Of a stretch of 64,000 bases of DNA, positions 1 through 11,505 are shown piece by piece (position 1 is the first letter of the stretch; each line of letters begins with the position of its first letter). The notes under the pieces are model-generated. The model made no database searches, was not told the DNA's origin, and was given only the letters and a program-made list of their open reading frames with translations. Both the position numbers and the translations under genes were made by a program. The stretch covers positions 576,001 through 640,000 of the forward strand of contig CBDFLQ010000006.1 in NCBI GenBank assembly GCA_965249275.1, in the 5' to 3' direction. This DNA is from Dehalococcoidia bacterium. Lineage in GTDB: Bacteria; Chloroflexota; Dehalococcoidia; Plut-88900.

Positions 1-2
1 AC

Positions 3-617
3 CCCGACGTAAAGCCCATAGAGAAATTCAACGATGGATATGTGAATATCCTGTTCGTCGGGAGGATGGAGAAGCGTAAGGGGCTCAAGTACCTGCTCAA
101 CGCCTACTCCAAGTTGAAGTGGGACTACCCCAAGATCCGGCTGCTGATAGTCGGGCCGGGGAATATGGACTCCGATTCCGAAAGAATAATGGGCGAGCGA
201 AGCCTGGAGGACAAGGACGTAAAGGTGATCGGAAACGTGTCCCATGATGAGCTACCCCGTTATTACCGGACCGCCGATATCTACTGCTCACCCGCAACCG
301 GCAAGGAGAGCTTCGGAATCGTGCTGCTGGAGGGTATGGCCTCCAGGGCGGCGGTAGTAGCTTCAGACATCATCGGCTATGCCGGTGTCATGAGCGACGG
401 CGTACAGGGCTTCCTGGTGCCGCCGAAAGACGACGCGGCGTTGGCATCGGCGCTAGCCCGACTCATCGAAGACAATGATCTGAGAAAAGCCATGGCTGAC
501 CGAGGCCTGGCCCACGTGCAGGAGTTCAGCTGGGACAAGGTGTCCACGAGCGTTATGCGTGTCTATCACGAGGCCACGGCCGCGCGCAGGGATGGAGCCC
601 TGTCGACGTCAAACTAG
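3..617 (+). CDS. Glycosyltransferase family 4, PimA-like phosphatidylinositol mannosyltransferase (5'-truncated by window)
   Basis: Frame is open back to position 3 (PDVKPIEKFNDGYVNILFVGR...). GT-B motifs FVGRMEKRKG and ESFGIVLLEGMA; lies next to a PIP-synthase-like gene. Confidence 0.85.
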   Translation, partial: PDVKPIEKFNDGYVNILFVGRMEKRKGLKYLLNAYSKLKWDYPKIRLLIVGPGNMDSDSERIMGERSLEDKDVKVIGNVSHDELPRYYRTADIYCSPATGKESFGIVLLEGMASRAAVVASDIIGYAGVMSDGVQGFLVPPKDDAALASALARLIEDNDLRKAMADRGLAHVQEFSWDKVSTSVMRVYHEATAARRDGALSTSN

Positions 618-674
618 GCTCATCCGCAACCTTGCCTGCTATAATGCAACGCCACGCGCCCATGAGACTCCGCT

Positions 675-1313
675 ATGAAGAATGATAAAGGCCCTTCCGG
701 CTTCTTCGACACAGCCCGCCTGCGGGACAGGGCAAAAGACTTCCTAACCGAACGGTTCTCGAACCCCACTGCGCGGGTCTTGTCCGGAGTCGGATTTACA
801 CCGAACAAAGTCACCATAGCCGGAGGGTTAATCGCCGTGGCCGCGGGGGCGGTGGCTGCCAAGGGTCGGCTCCCGGAAGCCGGGGCCCTGGTCCTGGCAG
901 CCGGGGCCCTGGACCTGGTCGACGGTGCGATGGCGAGGTTGACGGGTAAGCAGTCCAAGTTCGGGGCAGTACTGGATTCCACCTTCGACAGGCTGGGCGA
1001 GGCAGCCGTCCTATTCGGCCTGCTGGCCTTGTACAGCGGCCTCGGGCAGACACCCTACGTGCTGCTAGTATTCGCGGCGATGTTCGGCTCGGTGCTGGTC
1101 AGCTACATAAAGGCCCGGGCCGAGGGTGAGGGGATCGACTGCAGCGTGGGGCTGCTGTCGCGGGGGGAGCGGGTGGTGTTAATGGGCCTGGGGCTGTTGA
1201 TAAATCAGGTCCCCGCCGTGCTCGTGATACTGACCTTCTTTTCGTACGTGACCGCGGCGCAGCGGCTCTGGCGGGTAAAGAGGGCCACGGAAGAGGCGGC
1301 CCAGGACTCCTAG
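675..1313 (+). CDS. CDP-alcohol phosphatidyltransferase (PgsA / phosphatidylinositol-phosphate synthase-like)
   Basis: TPN motif, DLVDGAMAR...GAVLDSTFDR CDP-alcohol signature, VSYIKARAE and RGER motifs typical of PIP synthases. Confidence 0.88.
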   Translation: MKNDKGPSGFFDTARLRDRAKDFLTERFSNPTARVLSGVGFTPNKVTIAGGLIAVAAGAVAAKGRLPEAGALVLAAGALDLVDGAMARLTGKQSKFGAVLDSTFDRLGEAAVLFGLLALYSGLGQTPYVLLVFAAMFGSVLVSYIKARAEGEGIDCSVGLLSRGERVVLMGLGLLINQVPAVLVILTFFSYVTAAQRLWRVKRATEEAAQDS

Positions 1314-2420
1314 CTTGCCGTGCCTGACCCGATCATCGCCATGAGATAGGCATCCAGAAGCGGGTCAATGTCTCCTTCCAGAACGGCATCCGGGTTGGTA
1401 GATTCAAAACCCGAGCGATGGTCCTTCACCATCTTGTAAGGGTGCAGAACGTAGGAACGGATCTGGTTTCCCCATCCCGTGTCGACGTGCTCACCCTTTA
1501 GCCTCGCCTGCTCCTCCGCTTTCTTGTTCAGCTCTATCTCCAGCAGCCGGGCGCGGAGCACCTTCATGGCGGCTTCCCGATTCTGAAGCTGGGAGCGTTC
1601 GTTCTGGCAGGTCACCACTATACCCGTGGGCAGGTGGGTAATTCTGACCGCCGTCAGGTTTTTCTGGACGTGCTGACCACCGGCGCCGCTGGCCTTGAAG
1701 AAGTCGGTCTTAATGTCGTCCGGGTCTATGGTTATGTCGATGTCATCATCAGCCTGGGGCAGGACTTCAACCAGGGCGAAGGATGTGTGACGCAGGTGGT
1801 CGGCGTCGAAGGGAGAGAGCCTGACGAGACGGTGGACGCCCCTTTCGGACTTCAGGTAGCCGTATGCCCAGGCGCCGTCTATCTCCAGCGTCACGCTCTT
1901 GATGCCGGCCTCTTCTCCGGGAGAGAGGTCCAGGATGCGAGTCGGGCGGCCCTTAGCGTCACCCCAACGGAGATACATGCGCATAAGGGTCTCCGCCCAG
2001 TCCTGGGACTCGGTGCCACCGGCCCCGGAGTGGATAGCGACCAAGGCAGCATCTCGGTCGTACTTTCCGTTAAGGGCGAGGTTGAATTCAAGGCGCTTGA
2101 GGCGGGAGTGGAGATCAGATATCTCCTCGATGATCTGAGACTCAAGGGACAGGTCTCCCGTCTCGACGGAAAGGTCTATGAGCCCGGCGAGGTTGTCTAC
2201 ACTGCTCTCAAGACCGCTCCAAAGGGTGATCTCTTCATTGAGTCCGGAGAGGCGGCGCATTGTGGACTGGGCGGATCTGGTGTCATTCCACAAGTCGGGT
2301 TTGGACGCCTCTTTCTCCAGCCGCTCTACTTCTAGTTTTTTGCCCTCGATGTCAAAGGCGGTCCAGAAGATATGTGGTCCTGGCTCGGAGCTGTTCTACC
2401 TCTTGTTTTAGTTCTTCCAT
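1310..2420 (-). CDS. prfB: Peptide chain release factor 2, translated by +1 programmed frameshift
   Basis: ATG at 2420, 22 codons (MEELKQEVEQLRARTTYLLDRL), then CTT TGA C at 2357-2351. The +1 frame continues into the 1310..2293 ORF carrying SPF and GGQ motifs. Confidence 0.96.
2351..2357 (-). other. prfB +1 ribosomal frameshift site CTT-TGA-C
   Basis: Plus strand gtcaaag at 2351-2357 = CTTTGAC on the minus strand, joining the two frames. Confidence 0.95.
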
Positions 2421-2483
2421 TTCGTTCTCTTCCGGAGGCCCTCTACCCGAAGGGCGAGGGGAATTTATTGCAATCTAATTTTA

Positions 2484-3173
2484 TCACTGATTTGCTGGTC
2501 CGAACGGCGCTATCCTGCCAGCCGCAGCGAAGTGGGCCCTCCTGGTAGGCTCAGGAATACGGAATTTGCCGACACACCTCAGGACGATGCGCAGGGCAGA
2601 CTCCAAGTCAACCTTGTGCCCTATGGATACGAATATGGGCTTGGTCCCGTCTCGGGTCCTGAGCGCCGCGCCTATGACCTCCTCTCCATCCTTGAGCTCA
2701 GTGTGGGAGCCCTTGGCCCGGCCAGGCTCCTCGAACTTGCCGGTCAGCCTGGACTTCGCGCATCCTATGGTAGGTATGTCGAATAGGAGGCCCAGGTGGC
2801 AGGCAATGCCAAAACGCCTCGGGTGGGCGATCCCTTGGCCATCCACCAGCAGTATGTCGGGGCGAAGGGTAATGCTCTCCAGGACGGGGATCAAGACGGG
2901 TATCTCCCGGAAGGAGAGCAGGCCCGGCACGTAGGGGAAAGTGACCTCCGTCCTCGCGATCCGGCACTCTACCGTCTCCAGAGTCGGATAGCTCAACACC
3001 ACTACAGCCGCCGTGGCCCGTCCATCCATCCCAACCCCTGAGATATCCAGTCCTGCAACGAATCGAGGCTGAAGATCGGTGGGGGTGGTGTTTACTCGGG
3101 AGGCCAAGCGGCGTTGGACGGCTGCGGCCTCGGAGGGAGAGAGGTCCCAGGGATGGATATCTCGGGCTTTCAC
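2484..3173 (-). CDS. nfi: Endonuclease V (deoxyinosine 3' endonuclease)
   Basis: AGLDIS, FPYVPGLLSFRE, LVDGQGIAHPRRFGIACH, GCAKS and RIPEPTRRAH motifs. Likely GTG start at 3173, 7 nt after an extended -10 (TGC TACCAT), so probably leaderless. Confidence 0.93.
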   Translation of the reverse strand: MKARDIHPWDLSPSEAAAVQRRLASRVNTTPTDLQPRFVAGLDISGVGMDGRATAAVVVLSYPTLETVECRIARTEVTFPYVPGLLSFREIPVLIPVLESITLRPDILLVDGQGIAHPRRFGIACHLGLLFDIPTIGCAKSRLTGKFEEPGRAKGSHTELKDGEEVIGAALRTRDGTKPIFVSIGHKVDLESALRIVLRCVGKFRIPEPTRRAHFAAAGRIAPFGPANQ

Positions 3174-3277
3174 AGGGGTGATGGTAGCATAGGAAGTGAA
3201 ATCTGAAGTCTTTTTGAGCAACTAGTGGTAACATATGGACACGGTATTGATATATGGCTGTGGGGCGCCGGAGGAAA

Positions 3278-3306
3278 TTGACGCCCCTATAGCCTTGTGT
3301 TATATT
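3278..3306 (+). promoter_or_regulatory. sigma70-type promoter of infC-rpmI-rplT
   Basis: TTGACG (3278-3283), 17 nt spacer, TATATT (3301-3306). Confidence 0.7.
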
Positions 3307-3353
3307 CCCGCCACTTTCGGGTACGACGTAAGAGCTAATGAGAGGGAATACAC

Positions 3354-3911
3354 ATAGTCCGAGAATATAAAACCAACGGCAGGATACGAGCACGCGAGAT
3401 CCTGGTGATCGGGTTGGACAACGAGCAGATCGGTGTTATGCCCGTGCCAGAGGCAATCAGGATAGCCCGCGAGAGCGGTGTCGACGTCGTGGAGGTATCC
3501 CCAAGCGCCGATCCCCCGGTCTGCCGCCTGATGGATTACGGAAAATTCCGTTACGAACAGGCGAAAAAAGAGCGGGAAGCCAAGAAGACTCAAAAGTCTT
3601 CCAGCTTGCGGGAAGTCCGCATGAGAACCCGGATCGGTGAAAGCGACATGCAGCGCAAGACCAACAAGATCCGCGAATTTCTGACGGGAGGGGACAAGGT
3701 CAAGGTCTCGGTGCAGTTCAGGGGAAGAGAGATGACGCACCCGGAGATCGGGAACCAGCTCCTTGGCAAAGTTGCGAGGTCGCTCTTGGAAACCGCTCGA
3801 GTCGAGTCTCCACCCATATTGGAACGACGAATGATGAGCATGGTGCTGGTACCAGGGCGCAAGGACGTGCCTCGGGCCACCGCCCCACAAACTACAGATG
3901 CCAAAGCTTAA
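3354..3911 (+). CDS. infC: Translation initiation factor IF-3 (non-canonical ATA start)
   Basis: IF3 motifs ([27 protein letters not shown]). The frame extends upstream of GTG 3405 to ATA 3354, behind an SD-like AGAGGGA; an in-frame TGA at 3339 excludes earlier canonical starts. Confidence 0.92.
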   Translation: MVREYKTNGRIRAREILVIGLDNEQIGVMPVPEAIRIARESGVDVVEVSPSADPPVCRLMDYGKFRYEQAKKEREAKKTQKSSSLREVRMRTRIGESDMQRKTNKIREFLTGGDKVKVSVQFRGREMTHPEIGNQLLGKVARSLLETARVESPPILERRMMSMVLVPGRKDVPRATAPQTTDAKA

Positions 3912-4101
3912 AACGCATAAAGGCGCCAAACGGCGCTTCCACATAACAGGTACGGGGAAAATATTGCGCGCCAAAGGTGGGAAGAGTCATCTCCGGCGAA
4001 AGAAGCCCAAACGGGTCAAGCGCCTATATTCCGAGATGCACCCTATTTCCCCCAGCGACGTTCGCAAGATAGCCAAGATGCTGCCTTACGGCCTCCCGTA
4101 G
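3898..4101 (+). CDS. rpmI: 50S ribosomal protein L35
   Basis: [14 protein letters not shown]...HLRRKK; lies between infC and rplT. Confidence 0.97.
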   Translation: MPKLKTHKGAKRRFHITGTGKILRAKGGKSHLRRKKPKRVKRLYSEMHPISPSDVRKIAKMLPYGLP

Positions 4102-4155
4102 GACCAGCCTCGACGCTCTTCCAGTGCCCATGAAAACCAATTTCGGAGAGTTATA

Positions 4156-4506
4156 TTGCCACGGGTAAAAGGCGGTCCCACAACCCGACGAAGACACAAG
4201 AAAATCCTTAAGCTCACTCGTGGGCAGAGGGCCACCAGTAGCACTTTGTTCCGCAGGGCCAACGAGGCGATGCTGCATGCCCTGAGCTACGCCTACAGGC
4301 ACCGCAGGGAGAAGAAGCGTGACTTCAGGCGACTGTGGATTACTCGGATCAATGCCGCCGCCCGGAGTGAGGGACTCTCCTATAGCGCTTTCATGCACAT
4401 GCTGAAAGAGCGGGACATCCAGCTCGACCGCAAGACTCTGGCGGACATAGCGCTTCGGGACCCGGCGGCATTTTCCAAGCTTGCCGCCGAGGTGCGCGAG
4501 GCCTGA
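4156..4506 (+). CDS. rplT: 50S ribosomal protein L20
   Basis: MPRVKGG...YAYRHRREKKRDFRRLWITRINAA. Confidence 0.97.
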   Translation: MPRVKGGPTTRRRHKKILKLTRGQRATSSTLFRRANEAMLHALSYAYRHRREKKRDFRRLWITRINAAARSEGLSYSAFMHMLKERDIQLDRKTLADIALRDPAAFSKLAAEVREA

Positions 4507-4661
4507 TCCCCGGCCTGTCCGTTCGTACTTCGACTGACCCCACCTGGGCGGCTAACGCACCCCCCAGCCCTCAGTTTTATCTCACCAAGCTCATCACGAG
4601 CGACCCGGCCCCTGCTAGCACCAATATTTCAACAGGCCTAGCATGGGGAAAACCGGCTCTC

Positions 4662-4690
4662 TTGACGCCCATAAAGGGTCGTTCTAAAAT
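4662..4690 (+). promoter_or_regulatory. sigma70-type promoter of rex
   Basis: TTGACG (4662-4667), 17 nt spacer, TAAAAT (4685-4690). Confidence 0.72.
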
Positions 4691-4704
4691 TGGGTCGCCG
4701 CGAG

Positions 4705-4722
4705 GTATGATTTTTTTCACAA
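4705..4722. promoter_or_regulatory. Putative Rex operator (autoregulation)
   Basis: GTATGATTTTTTTCACAA versus the Rex consensus TTGTGAA-N4-TTCACAA, just downstream of the rex promoter. Confidence 0.65.
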
Positions 4723-4803
4723 TCGCTGCAGTACCCGGTCTGCGCGACCTTTTGCGTAGCCGTTCCCAGACTGTGGTGTAAGAGAGGACTAGGCTGCTCC
4801 GCC

Positions 4804-5442
4804 ATGGATGGCTCTATACCGGATGTAGTGGTGCTGCGGTTACCGCTTTACGTCAGAGCTTTAACTCAACTGCACGATTCCGGCATCGAGGTCGTAAGTT
4901 CTCACGCGCTCGGGGACAAGCTGCAGATAACGCCGGCCCAGATCCGCAAAGACCTGAGCTATTTCGGACGGTTCGGGAAGCAGGGCCGGGGGTACAACGT
5001 CGGCTACCTGCTCCGGGAGCTGAGGACTATCATGGGCCTGGACCAGGAATGGAAGGCGGCATTGGTCGGGTTGGGAAGGCTGGGCCGGGCGATAATCAGC
5101 TACCCCGGTTTTGCCAGGGAGGGCTTCCAGGTCGTGGCAATATTCGACGCTTCTCCCAACGTCGTGGGGACTGAACTGGACGGCATTGGCGTGAGGGATA
5201 TGAGTGACCTGGGGCCCGTGATCCGAGACCTTGGGGTTCACATCGGCATTGTGGCCGTCCCAGAGGAACACGCTCAGAGCGTGGTGGAGCTACTGGTCGA
5301 GAGTGGGATCAAGGGAATCCTGAACTACGCGCCAATCTCACCGCAGGTGCCGGAGGGTGTGTGGGTCCGAAACATCGACCCGGTGTTATCCCTACAGACT
5401 TTGACTTTCCACCTTAAGACGCCCGAAGGGCAGTCTGAATAG
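4804..5442 (+). CDS. rex: Redox-sensing transcriptional repressor Rex
   Basis: IP...RLPLY, QIRKDLSYFG.FG..G.GY DNA-binding domain and Rossmann motif VGLGRLGRAI. Confidence 0.97.
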   Translation: MDGSIPDVVVLRLPLYVRALTQLHDSGIEVVSSHALGDKLQITPAQIRKDLSYFGRFGKQGRGYNVGYLLRELRTIMGLDQEWKAALVGLGRLGRAIISYPGFAREGFQVVAIFDASPNVVGTELDGIGVRDMSDLGPVIRDLGVHIGIVAVPEEHAQSVVELLVESGIKGILNYAPISPQVPEGVWVRNIDPVLSLQTLTFHLKTPEGQSE

Positions 5443-5477
5443 CCGATCCTGTAGGTCTTGAAACAGCCGGGGACCGG

Positions 5478-5918
5478 CTATGCCTGGGAAGACGGCGCTC
5501 CGCCCCCACCCCGCCTCCGACGCCGTTCCGCTACCTTCACCCTGAGCTGCGACCGCCTGATCGCTGCAAGGGCGACAGCCAAGTCTGCATCCGATGCCCC
5601 GGTCTTTACCTGCTCCTGGGCACGGGCCAACGCTCGTTCCGCACGTTCCACGTCGATCTCATCGGCCCTTTCTGCGGCGTCGGCCAAGACGGTGAGCTTG
5701 TTCTGGAACATCTCCAGGAAACCGCCAGTGACGGCTATGGCTACCTCCTCGCTTCCCTTTTTGATACGCAGTTCGCCGGGCTGAAGAGGGGTCAACAGGG
5801 GTGCGTGGTTGGGCAGTATGCCCAGCTCACCCAGCTGGCCGGGTGCTACCACCATATCTACTTCGTCGGAGTAGACCCGACGCTCAGCGGTGAGTATTTC
5901 GAATTGAAGAGGCGCCAT
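5478..5918 (-). CDS. atpC: ATP synthase F1 epsilon subunit
   Basis: GELGILPNHAPLLT.L.PG, TGGFLE, EID..RAE.A. Confidence 0.96.
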   Translation of the reverse strand: MAPLQFEILTAERRVYSDEVDMVVAPGQLGELGILPNHAPLLTPLQPGELRIKKGSEEVAIAVTGGFLEMFQNKLTVLADAAERADEIDVERAERALARAQEQVKTGASDADLAVALAAIRRSQLRVKVAERRRRRGGGGAPSSQA

Positions 5919-5933
5919 TTAGGTTCTCGCCTT

Positions 5934-7343
<1,410 letters not shown>

Positions 7344-7358
7344 TCATTATCATTTCGA

Positions 7359-7586
7359 TTAAGACCTGTGGGAGTAGTGCTTCTTGCCGTCAAATATTCT
7401 GGTGATCACCGATCCCGAGGATTCCAACGATTGCAACGCTTTTTGAAAGTCGATGTCCTTCAGGTCCATCAATCCCCCGGTCTTCCGACCCCTGACCCTC
7501 GTGGCCAAGGAGCGGGGATCGAAGGCCTGGGTCTGATTGTCGGCCAGATAGCCTGTTATTTCTTTTAGCCAACGCTGAACGCTCAT
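7359..7586 (-). CDS. Hypothetical 75-aa protein, winged-helix-like, inserted between atpG and atpD
   Basis: Co-oriented ORF that fills the atpG-atpD gap. Helix-strand-helix-helix-hairpin pattern (ITGYLADN..AFDPRSLA..FQKALQSLESSGSVITRIFDGKKHY). Confidence 0.7.
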   Translation of the reverse strand: MSVQRWLKEITGYLADNQTQAFDPRSLATRVRGRKTGGLMDLKDIDFQKALQSLESSGSVITRIFDGKKHYSHRS

Positions 7587-7601
7587 AAGGGGTCGCTGGG
7601 G

Positions 7602-8465
7602 TTATCCTCCCAGGGCCACGACGCCGCCGGTTATGTCCAGAAGCTCGTTGGTGATCATCTCCTGTCGGACCTTGTTATATATCAGGGTCAGGTCCTGAAT
7701 CATATCGTCCGCGTTGTCCGTTGCACTGCGCATCGCCACCATGCGGGCCGACTGCTCACTGGCTATGGACTCCAGTACGGCGTGGTAGACCTGCATCTCC
7801 ACGAAGCGAGGCAGGAGCTCGCTGAGGGCGGTAGCGCTGTCGGGTTCGTAAATATAGCCCGCCTGCTTCATTCCCTCTATCTTGGCGGGTTCCACCGGGA
7901 GGATCTGTCTCAAAACGGGGGTCTGGTTGGTGGTGGTAACAAACCGGCTGTACGCCAGGTAGACCATATCCACGCTTGCGTCGGAATACTCTTCGATGAT
8001 AATCCGGGCGATGGGCAGGATATCTTCGACACCCGGCCTGTCCCCCAAGTCCGAGAATACAGCCTTAATCTCCCGTCCGAAGCGGCCCATGAAGTCGCGG
8101 CCTTTCTTACCGACGGTGACCAGGGACACGGCAGCGCCGGCGGAGCCAAGGATGAAGCTGCTGGTTGACCTGTTCACGTTGGCATTCAGGCCGCCGCAGA
8201 GTCCCCTGTCAGGGGTGATGTGGACTACGGAAATCCGGTCGCCGTCCCGCTTCTGGAGCAGAGGGTGGACGACGTAATCCTCGGTGGGTTGAGAGGCGAG
8301 GTGGCTGAGGATTTCGGCCATTTTCTCGGCGTAGGGCCTGGCAGCGAGGACCCGGTCCTGAGCGCGCTTCATCTTGGAAGCCGCTACCATCTCCATAGCC
8401 TTGGTTATCTTGGCAGTGTTTTCGACACTGCTGATTCTTCTTCGGATTTCCCTGGTGCTTGGCAA
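7602..8465 (-). CDS. atpG: ATP synthase F1 gamma subunit
   Basis: KITKAMEMVAASK, DRGLCGGLN, SEQSARMVAM..ATDNA, RQ..IT.E. Confidence 0.98.
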   Translation of the reverse strand: MPSTREIRRRISSVENTAKITKAMEMVAASKMKRAQDRVLAARPYAEKMAEILSHLASQPTEDYVVHPLLQKRDGDRISVVHITPDRGLCGGLNANVNRSTSSFILGSAGAAVSLVTVGKKGRDFMGRFGREIKAVFSDLGDRPGVEDILPIARIIIEEYSDASVDMVYLAYSRFVTTTNQTPVLRQILPVEPAKIEGMKQAGYIYEPDSATALSELLPRFVEMQVYHAVLESIASEQSARMVAMRSATDNADDMIQDLTLIYNKVRQEMITNELLDITGGVVALGG

Positions 8466-8484
8466 AGCTGCTTCTCGTGCCGGA

Positions 8485-9993
<1,509 letters not shown>

Positions 9994-10053
9994 CGCGCCT
10001 CACCTCTAACCAGTTTCTTTCTATTTTAGATCTTGCGCGTCCGCTCCCGACCT

Positions 10054-10593
10054 CTACACCCGCCGCTCGGCAAGGGCGCTTCGCATTGCCGAGAGCTTAG
10101 TCTTGGTGCTGCCGTCTATCAGACTGTCCCCGATCTTGATGACGATACCGCCCACGATATCCGGGTCCACCCGCGACGTCAGCTTTATCTGCCTTCCGGT
10201 AGCTTCCGTCATCTGGTCCGCTATCCGTTTTTCTGCCTCGGCGTCCAGGGCAACGGCGGTGGTAACCTCTGCATTCCCGACTCCCCGATAGTCGTCCACA
10301 AGTTCCCGATACTCCGCGGCGATGCCTTCCGCCAGTGCGACCCGGCCCTTGGATACCAGAAGGCTGACCAGATTCCGGGGGAGGGGATCAAGCCCCGCCA
10401 ACCGTTGAGCGGCCAACTCCTGCTTCTGGTCGGGCCTGACTTTCGGGCTTTCCAGCACCCTGCGGAGGTCCGGGTCGCCAAAAGCGGAAGCGAGCTCGGC
10501 CAGGTCCTCCTGCCACTTGTCCAGGCTGTCCTGGTCCCGGGCAATCTGGAAGACAGCCTGGGCATGCCTTCGTGCCGAAGAGCCTGCAGCCAT
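10054..10593 (-). CDS. atpH: ATP synthase F1 delta subunit
   Basis: ARRHAQAVF N-terminus, VDPDIVGGIVIKIGD..IDGS; operon position. Confidence 0.95.
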   Translation of the reverse strand: MAAGSSARRHAQAVFQIARDQDSLDKWQEDLAELASAFGDPDLRRVLESPKVRPDQKQELAAQRLAGLDPLPRNLVSLLVSKGRVALAEGIAAEYRELVDDYRGVGNAEVTTAVALDAEAEKRIADQMTEATGRQIKLTSRVDPDIVGGIVIKIGDSLIDGSTKTKLSAMRSALAERRV

Positions 10594-10596
10594 GTG

Positions 10597-11103
10597 CTAG
10601 CTCCCGTCCTTTCGGGAGGAAACGCTTTCCTCAAGAACGTCGTCGATCAGCTTGCGGTGGCGATCTTCGTCCAACTCGGAGTTGATGACCTTCTCCGCCG
10701 CCGAAATGGCGAGTCCGGCGAATTCGCTGCGGACTTTCTCGACGGCATCGTCACGCTCACGAGCGATCTCGCTCCTGGCCCGCACGATCATTGCCTCGCC
10801 TTCCTTCTTAGCGTCCTCGCGAGCATCCAGTTTCAGACGCTCCCCCATCTCGGACGCCTGGCCTATGAGGCGCTGACCTTCTTGTCGGGCCTCACCCAAG
10901 GTCTTGCGGACCTCTTCTTCGCTGCGGGCGGACTGGGCCTTGGCGGCCTCAGCAGCCTCCAGGTTTTCCTTTATCCTGGAAGACCGGTTTTCCAGCAGCC
11001 TAAGTATGGGTTTGTAGAGGACCAGGCGCAGGATTATCAGCACCAGGGCGACATTGATGATCTGCACCAGAAGCCCCGGCAGGTTGATTCCCAGCTCTCC
11101 CAA
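10597..11103 (-). CDS. atpF: ATP synthase F0 subunit b
   Basis: N-terminal TM (LGINLPGLLVQIIN...YKPI), long coiled coil, AAEKVI. Confidence 0.95.
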   Translation of the reverse strand: MGELGINLPGLLVQIINVALVLIILRLVLYKPILRLLENRSSRIKENLEAAEAAKAQSARSEEEVRKTLGEARQEGQRLIGQASEMGERLKLDAREDAKKEGEAMIVRARSEIARERDDAVEKVRSEFAGLAISAAEKVINSELDEDRHRKLIDDVLEESVSSRKDGS

Positions 11104-11140
11104 TGGCCTCTCCTTTCGGAAGTTAGTACGTGTGCGCCGC

Positions 11141-11434
<294 letters not shown>

Positions 11435-11505
11435 CTACCGATCTTTTACCGTGTGAGTCGTCAGAAGCCGTCGTCAGTACAGAGAGCGTTCCTTGAGATT
11501 CTCCG

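Noticed and set aside
2439-2460. cUUCGg hairpin in the prfB 5' leader (minus strand)
   Set aside because: Short imperfect stem; could be a stabiliser or nfi terminator, but there is no support for a specific function.
4507-4660. Non-coding gap after rplT as a possible sRNA or small gene
   Set aside because: No convincing structure, RBS-linked ORF or terminator seen.
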